Below, piece by piece: positions 55,052 through 64,000 of a stretch of 64,000 nt of DNA (positions are counted from its first letter, which is position 1; each line of letters begins with the position of its first letter). The DNA is from an uncultured virus (IMG/VR IMGVR_UViG_3300042892_000790) (taxonomy: Duplodnaviria; Heunggongvirae; Uroviricota; Caudoviricetes; Crassvirales), in IMG/VR virus record IMGVR_UViG_3300042892_000790; one strand, 5' to 3'. Under the pieces are notes generated by a model. It saw only the letters and a list, made by a program, of their open reading frames with translations. It was not told the origin of the DNA and searched no databases. Both the position numbers and the translations under genes were made by a program.

Positions 55052-55432
55052 TTAAAACGCTTTACCATGCTTATAACCCCTTGTTGAATTGTAGGCCATC
55101 TTAAGTTGAATGTGATTCTGAAGGTCAATATCAAGACCGCCACATAAATCAAATAGACGTATACAAACGTCTGCCAGCTCGTCCTCGAAGCTAGACTTAA
55201 TATTATTTCTAAAAATTTCTGCATACTCTTCTTTTGTGCCACCTCTTGCAAAGAAGTCATCAGACAAGAGGGCGACTGCTGCCTTGTCTGCGTAATGATT
55301 TTTCCTCAAGGCCTCTAGTGCCTCCGCTGCTTCAGATACGATCAACATCAACATCTCTGGTTTGTTGCGCTCTGTGTCCCAAAACCCGTTGGCTTTGGCT
55401 GTTCCGTGTGCTTGTGATATTAGCTTTTTCAT
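55052..55432 (-). CDS. MazG-like NTP pyrophosphohydrolase
   Basis: LIVSEAAEALEA...EDELADVCIRLFD...KMAYN..R.YKHGK. Confidence 0.85.
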   Translation of the reverse strand: MKKLISQAHGTAKANGFWDTERNKPEMLMLIVSEAAEALEALRKNHYADKAAVALLSDDFFARGGTKEEYAEIFRNNIKSSFEDELADVCIRLFDLCGGLDIDLQNHIQLKMAYNSTRGYKHGKAF

Positions 55433-55689
55433 AATAGTTCTTTAAATTTTTCAATTGAGTCGCAGACTAAGGCCTCGACTCCTATCTCTTTTAATTCTTT
55501 AATTCGATACTCTTGCAGTGGCCGGGCCTTACCTCCCTCTCTCTTGACCTCAACAAAGACAGTTCTCCCTTCCCGATACATGTACAGATCGGGGATTCCT
55601 GGTTTATTAGTGCTCAAAAGTTTTAGGACGTACCACCCGTTTTCCTCAGCAAGCTTAATCATCTTTGATTGCAGCTTAGATTCTAACAT
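55429..55689 (-). CDS. VRR-NUC nuclease
   Basis: GIPDL...FVEVK...RPLQ. Confidence 0.85.
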   Translation of the reverse strand: MLESKLQSKMIKLAEENGWYVLKLLSTNKPGIPDLYMYREGRTVFVEVKREGGKARPLQEYRIKELKEIGVEALVCDSIEKFKELL

Positions 55690-55693
55690 GGGA

Positions 55694-56947
55694 CTACAAA
55701 GATAGCAAATCCTTCTTGAAATGCGATACCGTGTAAGGTTTTTTTCCTTGAACAACCTTATAAATTTTCTCCTCGATACCGCCCTCAGCAAAGACCCAGT
55801 ACACGTTATTCTCTAGCCTGTCCATCGTAGTTAAGCGATCCCTGCTCTGCCAGTAAGACGTGGCCGAGAAGTCAATATTGTAGTAGACCAAGTAGTCGGC
55901 CTGCTTCAAAGAGATTCCCTCACGCCCCGTAACAATTTGTATAGCAAAGTTGTTACACTCACCTGCATGAAATTTTCCTAAATCGGTGGTCATATCTTCT
56001 TGAAAGACAGACAACAAGCTTTCTAGCTCTGCCTGGAACTTGTAGAATACCGCTATGCGTTTTCCTGCAAAGTGCTCCTTGATAAAATCAGACTTCGTGT
56101 TGTCAAATACCAGCCTGTTACCTGATTCTAGGATGACAGTACCGCTGTATATCTGGTGCAGCTTCTGCATCAGCTTTACCGGCGTGTCCGCAAGTATCAC
56201 GTCGCTCTTACCCTCGAAGACCAGGTCCTTCTTCAGCTTGTCTGCGATCTTGTAAGTAGTCTCGCTCATCTTAACCATGAGAACGTGCTCGTTTACCTTG
56301 GATGTAAATCCGGCCTCGTCCTGCGTGTAGCTGATCATGTAAGGCTGTACCGCCGGCATGATGCTCTCCTTGATCCCGTTCGAGTAGTCGTGGACTCTGA
56401 AGCCGTTGATCATCCGCTCCCAGATCTTTACGTAGATGTGAGCCCACTTGTAGAAGGTCGGCTCGCAGAACGGAGACCTTGACCCGAGTACCCACATCTG
56501 ATGGTACATCTGTGAGTATGACTCCGGTGACGGCGTTCCAGAAAGGAAGATGACATATGGATTGTGCTTGTGCACCAGATCCCGTGCCACCTTGGCCCTG
56601 TTAGACGGCTTGGGAAATGCTCCCATGCTGTGAGCCTCGTCGAATACAATGGCATCTATCTTAGAAATGTCTAACTTGTGCAGGCTCTCGTAGTTTATAA
56701 ACGTGCAATTATAGCTAGGGGCCAGGGCCTTGTAGTCCTTCTGTATTCCGGATATCGCCTTCTTCTTGGTTACAAATACCATTTCGTTGACGTCACCAAC
56801 ATGATCAAGAGCAGACAAGGCCGTCAAGGTCTTGCCTGTCCTAACTTCCATGGAGAGATATGCAAAACGAGGGGCTCCCCCCAATAATTTGCAAGTTTTT
56901 TCCACTATAGCCTGCTGATATGGTCTTAATGTGATATTTTTTTCCAT
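55694..56947 (-). CDS. SNF2/DEAH-family helicase
   Basis: LRPYQ, RTGKT, DEAH, SGTP, QSRDR. Confidence 0.88.
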   Translation of the reverse strand: MEKNITLRPYQQAIVEKTCKLLGGAPRFAYLSMEVRTGKTLTALSALDHVGDVNEMVFVTKKKAISGIQKDYKALAPSYNCTFINYESLHKLDISKIDAIVFDEAHSMGAFPKPSNRAKVARDLVHKHNPYVIFLSGTPSPESYSQMYHQMWVLGSRSPFCEPTFYKWAHIYVKIWERMINGFRVHDYSNGIKESIMPAVQPYMISYTQDEAGFTSKVNEHVLMVKMSETTYKIADKLKKDLVFEGKSDVILADTPVKLMQKLHQIYSGTVILESGNRLVFDNTKSDFIKEHFAGKRIAVFYKFQAELESLLSVFQEDMTTDLGKFHAGECNNFAIQIVTGREGISLKQADYLVYYNIDFSATSYWQSRDRLTTMDRLENNVYWVFAEGGIEEKIYKVVQGKKPYTVSHFKKDLLSL

Positions 56948-59361
56948 TAGAATTCAAATTCAGATTGCTCTGGCTCCTTCTTTACAAACTTGATCCATCG
57001 TCCAGAACCATCACGACCCTGCTCTACGGTCTCTCCAGTGTAGAACATACCGAACGACTCGAGCCACTTGTAGAACTTGTTCAACGATATCGATGTCTTT
57101 CCTCTCTGACCAAAGTCAGGGTTGTCCAACACGAAGTCCTTGTACACGTCCTCCTTGTAGATCTTAGAGTTTGTTCTGAGGTACCTGTTCTCGCTGTCTG
57201 TCATCCACTCCCAGAAGCTGTGGTCCGTCTCTGCGATAAACTTACGTGTCTTGAGGTTCTTGAAGTCAGACTTGATGAATCCAAAGCATAGGTAGTTCTT
57301 CAAGTTGTTGACCATGTAGTTGTCAAACTTACACCAGTCGTCATCGTTCCAGTCCTCGAACAATAACCGGCCAAACTCTACGTGTGGCGTGAAGTCCTTG
57401 TTGTAGTACTGCTTGAACTCTAGCTCCCACTTGCGTCTCTCGAATGAGTTACCCTTTCCCTTGATCGCGTAGTTGGTCGTGATGACCACCTTCGGCGACT
57501 TATGGAACGGTATCTTTATGGCGTCCTTGTTCTTCTTCTCAAGAGTGATACCCTCGGTAACGATAGAGAATAACCTCTCAAAGTCAAAGTTCCTTCTCAC
57601 GTCATCGAACACGATGATCTGTGTGTCGGTTGACACGGTCTGGTAAGCGAAGCTCCTCTCGAAGTTAAAACTCTTTCCATCGATAACCGATGACTTTTTC
57701 ATCCTAGAGATGGCGTTCATGAATAGTCCCTTACCCGTACCACCCTCTGGGTTGTCGGTGATGACCTCGTCATTGATGATAACCGCGGGGCAGTACCCGT
57801 GGTTCTTGTAGCTGTGCAGCAAGAAACCAACTGTACTCTCTACCGATCTGACACGGTCCCTCTCTGCTCCAGAGATGTTTGAGATGAATGTCTTGAAGTC
57901 GCAGTCATGCGAGTCGCATATTTCAAAGTCCCTGTCGATTACCTGATCCTTCCACACGTAACCACCAAGGTCGATGTAGTCGATCATAACGATCTCGTTG
58001 CAGTTGGCCTTGACGGCGCAGTTCCTGTAGTACAGGTATGCATCGTCCTTGTCGTCCTCTACAAAGTACACGTCGACAGGAGACAGCAGAGACAGAAAGT
58101 CTTCCTTGAAGTATCTGGTCTTGTCTGCAAAGTGATTGTAGATGGACAGGTCCTCCATCTTGAATAGATACTCTAGAACAAAGTCCTTGATTTCATCTTC
58201 AGATGCATTAGAAATAAGGTTATTCGTAACCTTAACAAAAATATAGTTTTTTGTGCCCTCCGGCGAATACTTAAAGTAACCATTGTCTTCTAGAAATTCT
58301 TTTAATAAATAATGTACAACACTGACCGCACCCTTCGATGACTTGGTCCAAAACTCTTTGCTTGATGAGTCCTCCTCTATCTTTACCATTACGGCGTCAG
58401 ATACACCGTCACTCAGCCCGGAATCTCTAAGCTGTTGACGGATCTCCTTTTTTGGCACGCCCTTCTTGATCTGCCTTCTCACGCTGTCGATCGCGTCCCG
58501 GTCCTCGAAGAACTTGGTATTGAAGTTCTGCTCCTTACGGTAAGCGCTGTCGATTGTGGTCTTGATCTCAGATAGCGGGAAGTCATCGTGTGCAAACTCT
58601 CCGAGTACGTAGCTCGCTAGCTCCTTGTTGACACCAAAGTCATTGAATGCGGCAGCTAGGATGTACACGTTGGCATTTCTCTCGCCGACCACGATCCCGT
58701 ACTGGCGCTCCCACCAAAGGCGTAGCCTGCGTACAATTTCGTTTTGGTCCGTAAGAGTGATAGTGCGCTCGTTGTCGGGCCTCTTGATCTGCTCGAACTC
58801 TTCCTCTGATACCTTGTCCCACTCCTTTGACTCTGGGTTATGGAATATCAACGGATCGTAAGACTCGTAACAGACACGTGAGATGTTCTTCGATGTCTTG
58901 TCAAACTGCTCGCAGTTGTAGTACTTCTCGAGTGACTTGAAGTAGGACTTGTGCTTGTCCTCGTCTGCCGGTATCTTGACCAGCAACTTGAGCCCATCGC
59001 CAGATGGCGAGATGAACACTGACAGGGTGTACTTGTCCTTGGTGAACTCCTCCTTCTTGGCAAGCATGTCTGCCTTCTTTGAAAAGCCATCAAAGTCGAG
59101 GCAGATCACGCCAGAGTGAGATACTAGTGCAGAGTCTTCCCTGCGTGTGAACTCACCGGAGAAGCAGATAGCCGGTAGCTCCTTCTTGATCTGGTTTCGT
59201 TTCTCCTTGTCCTTCTCCTCTCTGATCCGCTTGACGATGTCCTTGGACTTGCCCTCCTTGATCCTGTGAATGATGTAGTCGACCGACCTGTAGAATGGCG
59301 CCGACGTGTCCTTGATGCTCTTGAATATTGTTATGTTTCCCATTGGATTTGATTTGTTCAT
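56947..59361 (-). CDS. primase-helicase (VirE-N/BT4734-like + PriCT + P-loop)
   Basis: HSGVICLDFD, FISPSGDGLK, GERN, GGTGKG, FDDV. Confidence 0.85.
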   Translation of the reverse strand: MNKSNPMGNITIFKSIKDTSAPFYRSVDYIIHRIKEGKSKDIVKRIREEKDKEKRNQIKKELPAICFSGEFTRREDSALVSHSGVICLDFDGFSKKADMLAKKEEFTKDKYTLSVFISPSGDGLKLLVKIPADEDKHKSYFKSLEKYYNCEQFDKTSKNISRVCYESYDPLIFHNPESKEWDKVSEEEFEQIKRPDNERTITLTDQNEIVRRLRLWWERQYGIVVGERNANVYILAAAFNDFGVNKELASYVLGEFAHDDFPLSEIKTTIDSAYRKEQNFNTKFFEDRDAIDSVRRQIKKGVPKKEIRQQLRDSGLSDGVSDAVMVKIEEDSSSKEFWTKSSKGAVSVVHYLLKEFLEDNGYFKYSPEGTKNYIFVKVTNNLISNASEDEIKDFVLEYLFKMEDLSIYNHFADKTRYFKEDFLSLLSPVDVYFVEDDKDDAYLYYRNCAVKANCNEIVMIDYIDLGGYVWKDQVIDRDFEICDSHDCDFKTFISNISGAERDRVRSVESTVGFLLHSYKNHGYCPAVIINDEVITDNPEGGTGKGLFMNAISRMKKSSVIDGKSFNFERSFAYQTVSTDTQIIVFDDVRRNFDFERLFSIVTEGITLEKKNKDAIKIPFHKSPKVVITTNYAIKGKGNSFERRKWELEFKQYYNKDFTPHVEFGRLLFEDWNDDDWCKFDNYMVNNLKNYLCFGFIKSDFKNLKTRKFIAETDHSFWEWMTDSENRYLRTNSKIYKEDVYKDFVLDNPDFGQRGKTSISLNKFYKWLESFGMFYTGETVEQGRDGSGRWIKFVKKEPEQSEFEF

Positions 59362-59561
59362 TTGTATGCGGAACCATTTATCATGTCTTGCAACACGTCC
59401 ATGATGTCCTGCTGTGTCTGGCCCCAGTACATAGTGCACTTGCCGTCTATGATCGGGGACTCGGTGAAGTATGACTGATACTCAGTCGCTGGGTCTGTGA
59501 ACCTGTGGCATGTCTCCTTCATGGGACATCCCTCTCCCTTGCATTTGGTTATGTCGCTCAT
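59358..59561 (-). CDS. small Cys-rich protein
   Basis: DITKC.G..CP.KETCHRF...QSYF. Confidence 0.7.
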   Translation of the reverse strand: MSDITKCKGEGCPMKETCHRFTDPATEYQSYFTESPIIDGKCTMYWGQTQQDIMDVLQDMINGSAYK

Positions 59562-59782
59562 AAGTTATCGATCTCTTGTCTTACCCTGTGAAGGTACTCA
59601 TACATCTCGTCGGCTTGCTTTCCAGTGAACGTGAATGCCACGCCGAGCATGCTCTGAATTTCTTTGGTTGCGAACAGCTTTGCGGTAGGCCACTCAATAC
59701 GTGAGTCGTCGCTAATCTTAAAGCTCCTGTTCTTCATGTAATACTCGACCATCTCCTTGGCCTTGATTTTTGCTTCTATCAT
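59558..59782 (-). CDS. hypothetical protein (MIEAKIKAKEMVE...)
   Basis: C-terminal part of ORF 59558..59995; the longer start runs through the repeat array. Confidence 0.55.
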   Translation of the reverse strand: MIEAKIKAKEMVEYYMKNRSFKISDDSRIEWPTAKLFATKEIQSMLGVAFTFTGKQADEMYEYLHRVRQEIDNL

Positions 59783-59904
59783 AAATTTAATTGCTTCTTG
59801 TATTGTGTCAAACTCTCTTACCCTCTCCATGTTCACGTAAACTCTTATTTTCCTCTTGTCATTTACTGTCGCTCTCACGATTTGAGTGTTCGAAGGTATG
59901 GTTT

Positions 59905-60123
59905 TTGTGTCGATTTTTTGCATTTTGTGTCGATTTTTTGGGGTTTGTGTCGACTTAGTGTCGATTTTAAAATGAACCGACACAACCAAACTCATTGAAT
60001 TTCTTCTACTTAGCTATTTTGTGTCGATTTTTACTATACTTATTAGTAATTTAAAAAAAATATATATAGAATACAATTTTATATATATAGAGTAGGGGAC
60101 CTAAAAACCGACACAACGACACA
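59905..60123. repeat. iteron-like GTGTCG array with AT-rich core (origin-like element B)
   Basis: GTGTCGA at 59907, 59927, 59947 (20-bp period), 59958, 60021; inverted CGACAC at 59978, 60109, 60117. Confidence 0.7.
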
Positions 60124-60156
60124 TGGGGCAGTCCCATGTGCCTGTGCCTTGGTTTC

Positions 60157-60447
60157 TTAGAACGGTAACTCTTCGGATGGTGCGCTTGCCTTCTTGGGCT
60201 CATTAGAGGACTTCTCAGCCACTTTAATGCTTCCGTCGGTCCAAACTACCTTTCCGCCTCCGATGTAGGCCTTAGAGGTCTTCGCTTCGCGTTCCTCTTT
60301 TGTCTGCGACTCGTAGATGGAAGCGTTCTTGCCCCACTGGTTCGTTGCATCGTCTACAGAGATGGTTACGTCAAGGTACTTGCCGTCCTTGATTTTGCTT
60401 TTCGTGATCTTGCTCACGTCGATTGATAAACTGATTAGTGTACTCAT
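60157..60447 (-). CDS. probable single-stranded DNA-binding protein
   Basis: Beta-rich, C-terminal EELPF tail, next to recombination genes. Confidence 0.6.
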   Translation of the reverse strand: MSTLISLSIDVSKITKSKIKDGKYLDVTISVDDATNQWGKNASIYESQTKEEREAKTSKAYIGGGKVVWTDGSIKVAEKSSNEPKKASAPSEELPF

Positions 60448-61178
60448 AGTGTTTCTTTTGTGTAATACTGTGTGATGTCCTCCGTTTTATTTGGCCCGAA
60501 GAACTTGCGCCATACTTCTACTGCTCTTTGCACTTTCTCTTTGCCTCTGTCCAAGAACTCGTCAGAGCAGTCGAATAGTCCTGTCTTGTTGGTACCCTTC
60601 TCTACCGCGATAAAGATGACCGGCTTGCCGAAGATCTGGTTGTAAATGTAGGCCTGCGAGTCGTAGTTGTACTTCCTTGCAGAGTACTTGAACTCCTCGA
60701 TGTTTGATGTGGTCTTGAGGTCGATGACAAACTCAGATGAGATGATGTCAGCCTTTCCCTTCCAGATCTCGCCCATAACATTGGATATGCCCGGCTGCTC
60801 GTACATGTTGCCGTCCTCGTAGATCATGTCGAAGAAGTCCATGCGTCCCCTGACCGAGTCTACCATCGAGTCCAGCTCCTCTACCTCCTTAGAAAGAAGG
60901 ATGATGTCTACACCCTGTGCCTCGCACATCTCTTTGTACTTGTTGGTATTTCGAGATGTCACGTCGCAGATCAGGAAGTCTACCATCTTCTGTGGCTCCA
61001 GCATTGCGGTGTGGAAGTAAGAGCCCTGCACCATTGGTACAGTCTTTTCCTTGTCCTTTCCGTACGATGACGGGTCCTTTAGAAGTGTGCCGATGTCCGA
61101 GTTGGACAGGAACTTCTTTCCGAAGTCCCCGTAGTACTCAGAGTCGCTGTTCAGTCTTGTTAGGATTTCTTGGGTCAC
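60444..61178 (-). CDS. PD-(D/E)xK exonuclease VIII-like (DUF3799)
   Basis: LSNS, GSYFH..MLEP, KGKAD, IDLKTT, YDSQAYIY. Confidence 0.85.
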   Translation of the reverse strand: MTQEILTRLNSDSEYYGDFGKKFLSNSDIGTLLKDPSSYGKDKEKTVPMVQGSYFHTAMLEPQKMVDFLICDVTSRNTNKYKEMCEAQGVDIILLSKEVEELDSMVDSVRGRMDFFDMIYEDGNMYEQPGISNVMGEIWKGKADIISSEFVIDLKTTSNIEEFKYSARKYNYDSQAYIYNQIFGKPVIFIAVEKGTNKTGLFDCSDEFLDRGKEKVQRAVEVWRKFFGPNKTEDITQYYTKETL

Positions 61179-61759
61179 GATGCAACCTCCTTGTTAACCT
61201 CTGTCCTGATCACGTCCGTGATGTTGTACTTCTTGGACAACTGCTCAAGGATAAACTTCGACCCCTTCTTCTTGTTGGCGTTTACATAGTTCATCACCCT
61301 TACCCAGTTCTCGTCGCCCAACTCTAGCTCAATGACAATACCCTCTGCGCTTGGCGTGGCCTTGGCCGCCTTCTCCTCGTCTGGCATGTCCTCTCCGGCG
61401 TAGACGTAAAGACCTAGCCCGTGTAGTCCGATCGCCTTGGTGGTAGATCTTTGGATCGCCTTGTTCACGTCAAATGATGTGACCCTCTCGATTGGAAGGG
61501 AAGCGTTCTTGGCGTCCATGATCGGGAGGTAGTCGATGTGCTCCTGCCCATCGATGGTGATACCAACCTTGACCCATGCCGTCTTTCCGTCTGTGTGGTA
61601 GTTGTTACCGGTCTCAGACTCGTACACCTTTCGTGTCATGTCTGGGCAGATCTTCATTGTCTCTTGCCATGCGTAGGCCCAAGACAGGTAACTTTGATTG
61701 CCCTTCTTCTCCGTCATCTTGTTGACGTTGATTGCATTTAATTCTTTAAACTTGCTCAT
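61175..61759 (-). CDS. Sak-type ssDNA annealing protein (DUF1071)
   Basis: YLSWAYAW...VNKAIQRS.TKAI.LHGLGLY.YAGED. Confidence 0.85.
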   Translation of the reverse strand: MSKFKELNAINVNKMTEKKGNQSYLSWAYAWQETMKICPDMTRKVYESETGNNYHTDGKTAWVKVGITIDGQEHIDYLPIMDAKNASLPIERVTSFDVNKAIQRSTTKAIGLHGLGLYVYAGEDMPDEEKAAKATPSAEGIVIELELGDENWVRVMNYVNANKKKGSKFILEQLSKKYNITDVIRTEVNKEVAS

Positions 61760-61967
61760 ATTTTTCTATTAATTTGTTTAAGTACCATTGGGCCTTCTTG
61801 AGGTCCTCTATTTTATTCTTATTCTCATACCGCCAGATGTACTTCTGTGTGTTACCCTTAAGGTATCCACAGAACTGGTCTTTGCTCATTGATGCCTCTA
61901 TCGCTTGGATGCACTCGATACCCGATTGGTTATAGTGTGCAGGCTTCTCTACGTTGTCAAAACTCAT
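61746..61967 (-). CDS. DUF3310 protein (T7 gp1.7-like)
   Basis: PAHY...IECI...GN..KY.WRY..KN..EDLKKA.WYL. Confidence 0.85.
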   Translation of the reverse strand: MSFDNVEKPAHYNQSGIECIQAIEASMSKDQFCGYLKGNTQKYIWRYENKNKIEDLKKAQWYLNKLIEKYEQV

Positions 61968-61982
61968 ATGCAAATTTAACCA

Positions 61983-62282
61983 TTAGTTGTCTGATTTCCA
62001 AGGACTTTCTGATAATTTTAATCCCCAGTTCAGTGAAATCATTGACATCTGAACATCGGCAGACTTGGCGTAAAGCCTCATGTACTTCATCAGATAGGCC
62101 TTTCCCCACTTGCGCCATTCAGCGTCCTGATCTGGTGTCATGGTCCAGTCTTGGAACCAGTTGTCTTTCCTGTCAACGATGTCATTAAATGTCACATCGT
62201 GTCCGGCAATCTCAAACATCTTGTTGATCAGTGTCTCAAGTGCGATCTGCCATTTTTCTTCATTACTTAATCTTTTCACCAT
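61983..62282 (-). CDS. hypothetical protein
   Basis: 99-aa ORF, operon packing. Confidence 0.65.
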   Translation of the reverse strand: MVKRLSNEEKWQIALETLINKMFEIAGHDVTFNDIVDRKDNWFQDWTMTPDQDAEWRKWGKAYLMKYMRLYAKSADVQMSMISLNWGLKLSESPWKSDN

Positions 62283-62408
62283 AGTCTTGTATTTTTTCTA
62301 TTAGTTGATTCATCTTTACATTTATAAATGATATTATCTCCTCGCATACTATCAGCGGTAGGCTCATCGCACCTAGCCCGAGTACCATTATGATCACAAA
62401 CGCCTTTC

Positions 62409-62912
62409 TCATTTCATTTCTTTTAGTTTGTTTACATAACTAGGATCAGAGGCGTAAGACCCGTTGATGTTCTTCAAGTAACGGCCCTGTATGTGAGCGT
62501 AACACTTGACGTTGTCCTTGTAGGTGTTGTACTTGGCGTAGGCTCCGTACTGGCCCGCCACGTGCTTGCACCTGTGGAATACAATACCGAACAGGTTCTT
62601 GGCCTCACGCCCAACCTTGGACTTGCCTAGACCAGACTCGATCGTTGCCTGTGCGACTGCTACGTTTGGTAGTAGAACTCCGCTGGCAACCAACTCGGCG
62701 GTCAGACCGCTATCGGTCAGTGCCATGTCATTGCTCTCTTCGTTCACTATCACGGAATGGTACACGTGTCGTATCTTTTCTGGCAGGTTGGCCATGTACA
62801 CAAAGCCAAGCCCCATTCCCAAGTTCAGCAGAACACTTGCAAGCATGACCCTCTTCCAGTCGTACCTGTAGCATGTGGTCATGTCGTCGTTAATTACCAG
62901 TCTCCTTTTCAT
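62409..62912 (-). CDS. membrane-anchored GH73 glucosaminidase-like muramidase
   Basis: TM helix; AQATIESG, NLFGI, YASDPSY. Confidence 0.8.
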   Translation of the reverse strand: MKRRLVINDDMTTCYRYDWKRVMLASVLLNLGMGLGFVYMANLPEKIRHVYHSVIVNEESNDMALTDSGLTAELVASGVLLPNVAVAQATIESGLGKSKVGREAKNLFGIVFHRCKHVAGQYGAYAKYNTYKDNVKCYAHIQGRYLKNINGSYASDPSYVNKLKEMK

Positions 62913-63153
62913 ACTTATGGTTAAAATAGTCCGTACCAGATACGATCCAAGGCTCATACAGCCCGTCAGTGCACGCTTGAACAATACATTTCTTTTCATC
63001 CGCAAGAGATTGCAATAACTGTTCCTTAAGGCTGACAGCCTCCTGCAGTGCTCCCATGTGAAAGTTTGAATCGTTACTGAGTGTCTGTGCCTGCGAGTGG
63101 AAGGAGATCCTGCTCTCCACTTGCTGTAATAATTTTTGAATAGGGGTTTTCAT
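62890..63153 (-). CDS. hypothetical protein
   Basis: MKTPIQ...EKKCIVQA; operon packing. Confidence 0.6.
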   Translation of the reverse strand: MKTPIQKLLQQVESRISFHSQAQTLSNDSNFHMGALQEAVSLKEQLLQSLADEKKCIVQACTDGLYEPWIVSGTDYFNHKYEKETGN

Positions 63154-63505
63154 ATGTCTTCTTTAATATATTAGTTCTCTGTTCTTGATACTTTGTCGGG
63201 TCCTGTCCGGCAGATAGTCTGTTCTGAATGATCCTGTTCAAAGCATCGATCTGGTACTTGTATGTCTGTAGTTCTACAAACTTGGTTCCCATGACCCATC
63301 CATCGGCCTCGAATACCGCGTACTCTGAGTCCTTCAGCTTCTTGTAGAAGTCTCCGCCTAGCCTAGTGTTCTTGATGATAATCTTTCCGTTATTAAATCT
63401 CTCTATCTTGCATCCGTTCTGGATCGTGAATAGTGAGTCGTTGCCGATGAAGAAGGAATTATCCTTGTGTCTCAGCGCTTCGTTCCAAATGTCTTGTAAT
63501 GTCAT
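63074..63505 (-). CDS. hypothetical protein
   Basis: 143-aa ORF. Confidence 0.6.
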   Translation of the reverse strand: MTLQDIWNEALRHKDNSFFIGNDSLFTIQNGCKIERFNNGKIIIKNTRLGGDFYKKLKDSEYAVFEADGWVMGTKFVELQTYKYQIDALNRIIQNRLSAGQDPTKYQEQRTNILKKTYENPYSKIITASGEQDLLPLAGTDTQ

Positions 63506-63911
63506 CGATTAGTTTATTTTCTCTTGTGTAAAATTTCTTGTTAGCAATCCAGTCAGCCACCAACTGCACCCCGTGGATCACAGTTGAGTGGTCTCGTCCT
63601 CCCATCAACCCACCGATCATCTTCAGCGTGAGTCTCATCCTTGTGTATACAAAGTGCATGAATAGGAAGCGGGCCTCTACATGTTGTTGTGTTCTGGTCT
63701 TTACATTGAAGTCGTCGAAGTTCATGCCTGTCACGATCTCTACTGCCTCAATGATCTCTATCAGTTCTCTTCTGTCCTCTGTACCCATAAATGTCATGCC
63801 AAGGCTCTTGCGCTTGGGCTCACACATCTTACTAATGATGCTTGCCACGTCATTGCCTGCAAAGTTATTGTACGGGCGATCGTTAAAGTATTTGATTAAT
63901 TCTTTCTCCAT
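63459..63911 (-). CDS. protein with DnaA C-terminal (domain IV) HTH
   Basis: EARFLFM...TLKMIG.LMGGRDHSTVIHG. Confidence 0.8.
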   Translation of the reverse strand: MEKELIKYFNDRPYNNFAGNDVASIISKMCEPKRKSLGMTFMGTEDRRELIEIIEAVEIVTGMNFDDFNVKTRTQQHVEARFLFMHFVYTRMRLTLKMIGGLMGGRDHSTVIHGVQLVADWIANKKFYTRENKLIDDITRHLERSAETQG

Positions 63912-64000
63912 GTCTTTAAGTTGTCGTGAAATTCATTAAACCCTTCAATCGGGCGGTCATATTCAAACTCGTACGGGGTGGCCTCCATCACCTCCGTCTC

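Larger units (their letters stand above)
7750..61978. promoter_or_regulatory. set of Bacteroidota sigma-70 -7 boxes (TAnnTTTG)
   Basis: Plus: 7750, 8264, 8856, 10006, 10264, 12574, 12779, 13654, 15998, 17659, 27695, 30335, 31115, 31463, 38993, 39758. Minus: 52540, 52834, 55697, 61971. Nearly all lie just upstream of a start codon. Confidence 0.8.

Noticed and set aside
1..64000. stop-codon reassignment as in some crAss-like phages
   Set aside because: Long genes are intact under the standard code, and TAG and TGA terminate genes at tight junctions

Overview
About 64 kb of a lytic podovirus-type dsDNA phage of a Bacteroidota host, related to crAss-like and flavobacterial phages. The assignment rests on a crAss-type TerL, portal, MCP, ring and muzzle gene block and about 20 TAnnTTTG promoters. 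Layout: (i) 1-6.8 kb, a leftward early operon of small unknown genes; (ii) 6.8-8.2 kb, a divergent control region with a structured leader, a G-rich tract and an iteron-like array; (iii) 7.8-51.2 kb, a rightward late region with lysin, many small basic proteins, GroEL/GroES, fibres, TerL, portal, scaffold, MCP, tail and ejection proteins, including a 2964-aa polyvalent protein; (iv) 51.2-64 kb, leftward DNA-metabolism genes (class II RNR, MazG, VRR-NUC, SNF2 helicase, primase, SSB, exonuclease, Sak, DnaA-C domain). The most notable signal is non-coding. The early transcript is punctuated at gene junctions by three complete type I hammerhead ribozymes with an identical stem I and covarying stems II/III, and by three anticodon-less tRNA mimics (acceptor stem plus T-arm, two ending in ACCA). 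It also carries two structured cassettes with an identical rrn-type boxA 13-mer. Together these suggest an RNA-based processing, circularisation and antitermination system for early genes. All protein calls come from motif recognition by eye; no searches were run.
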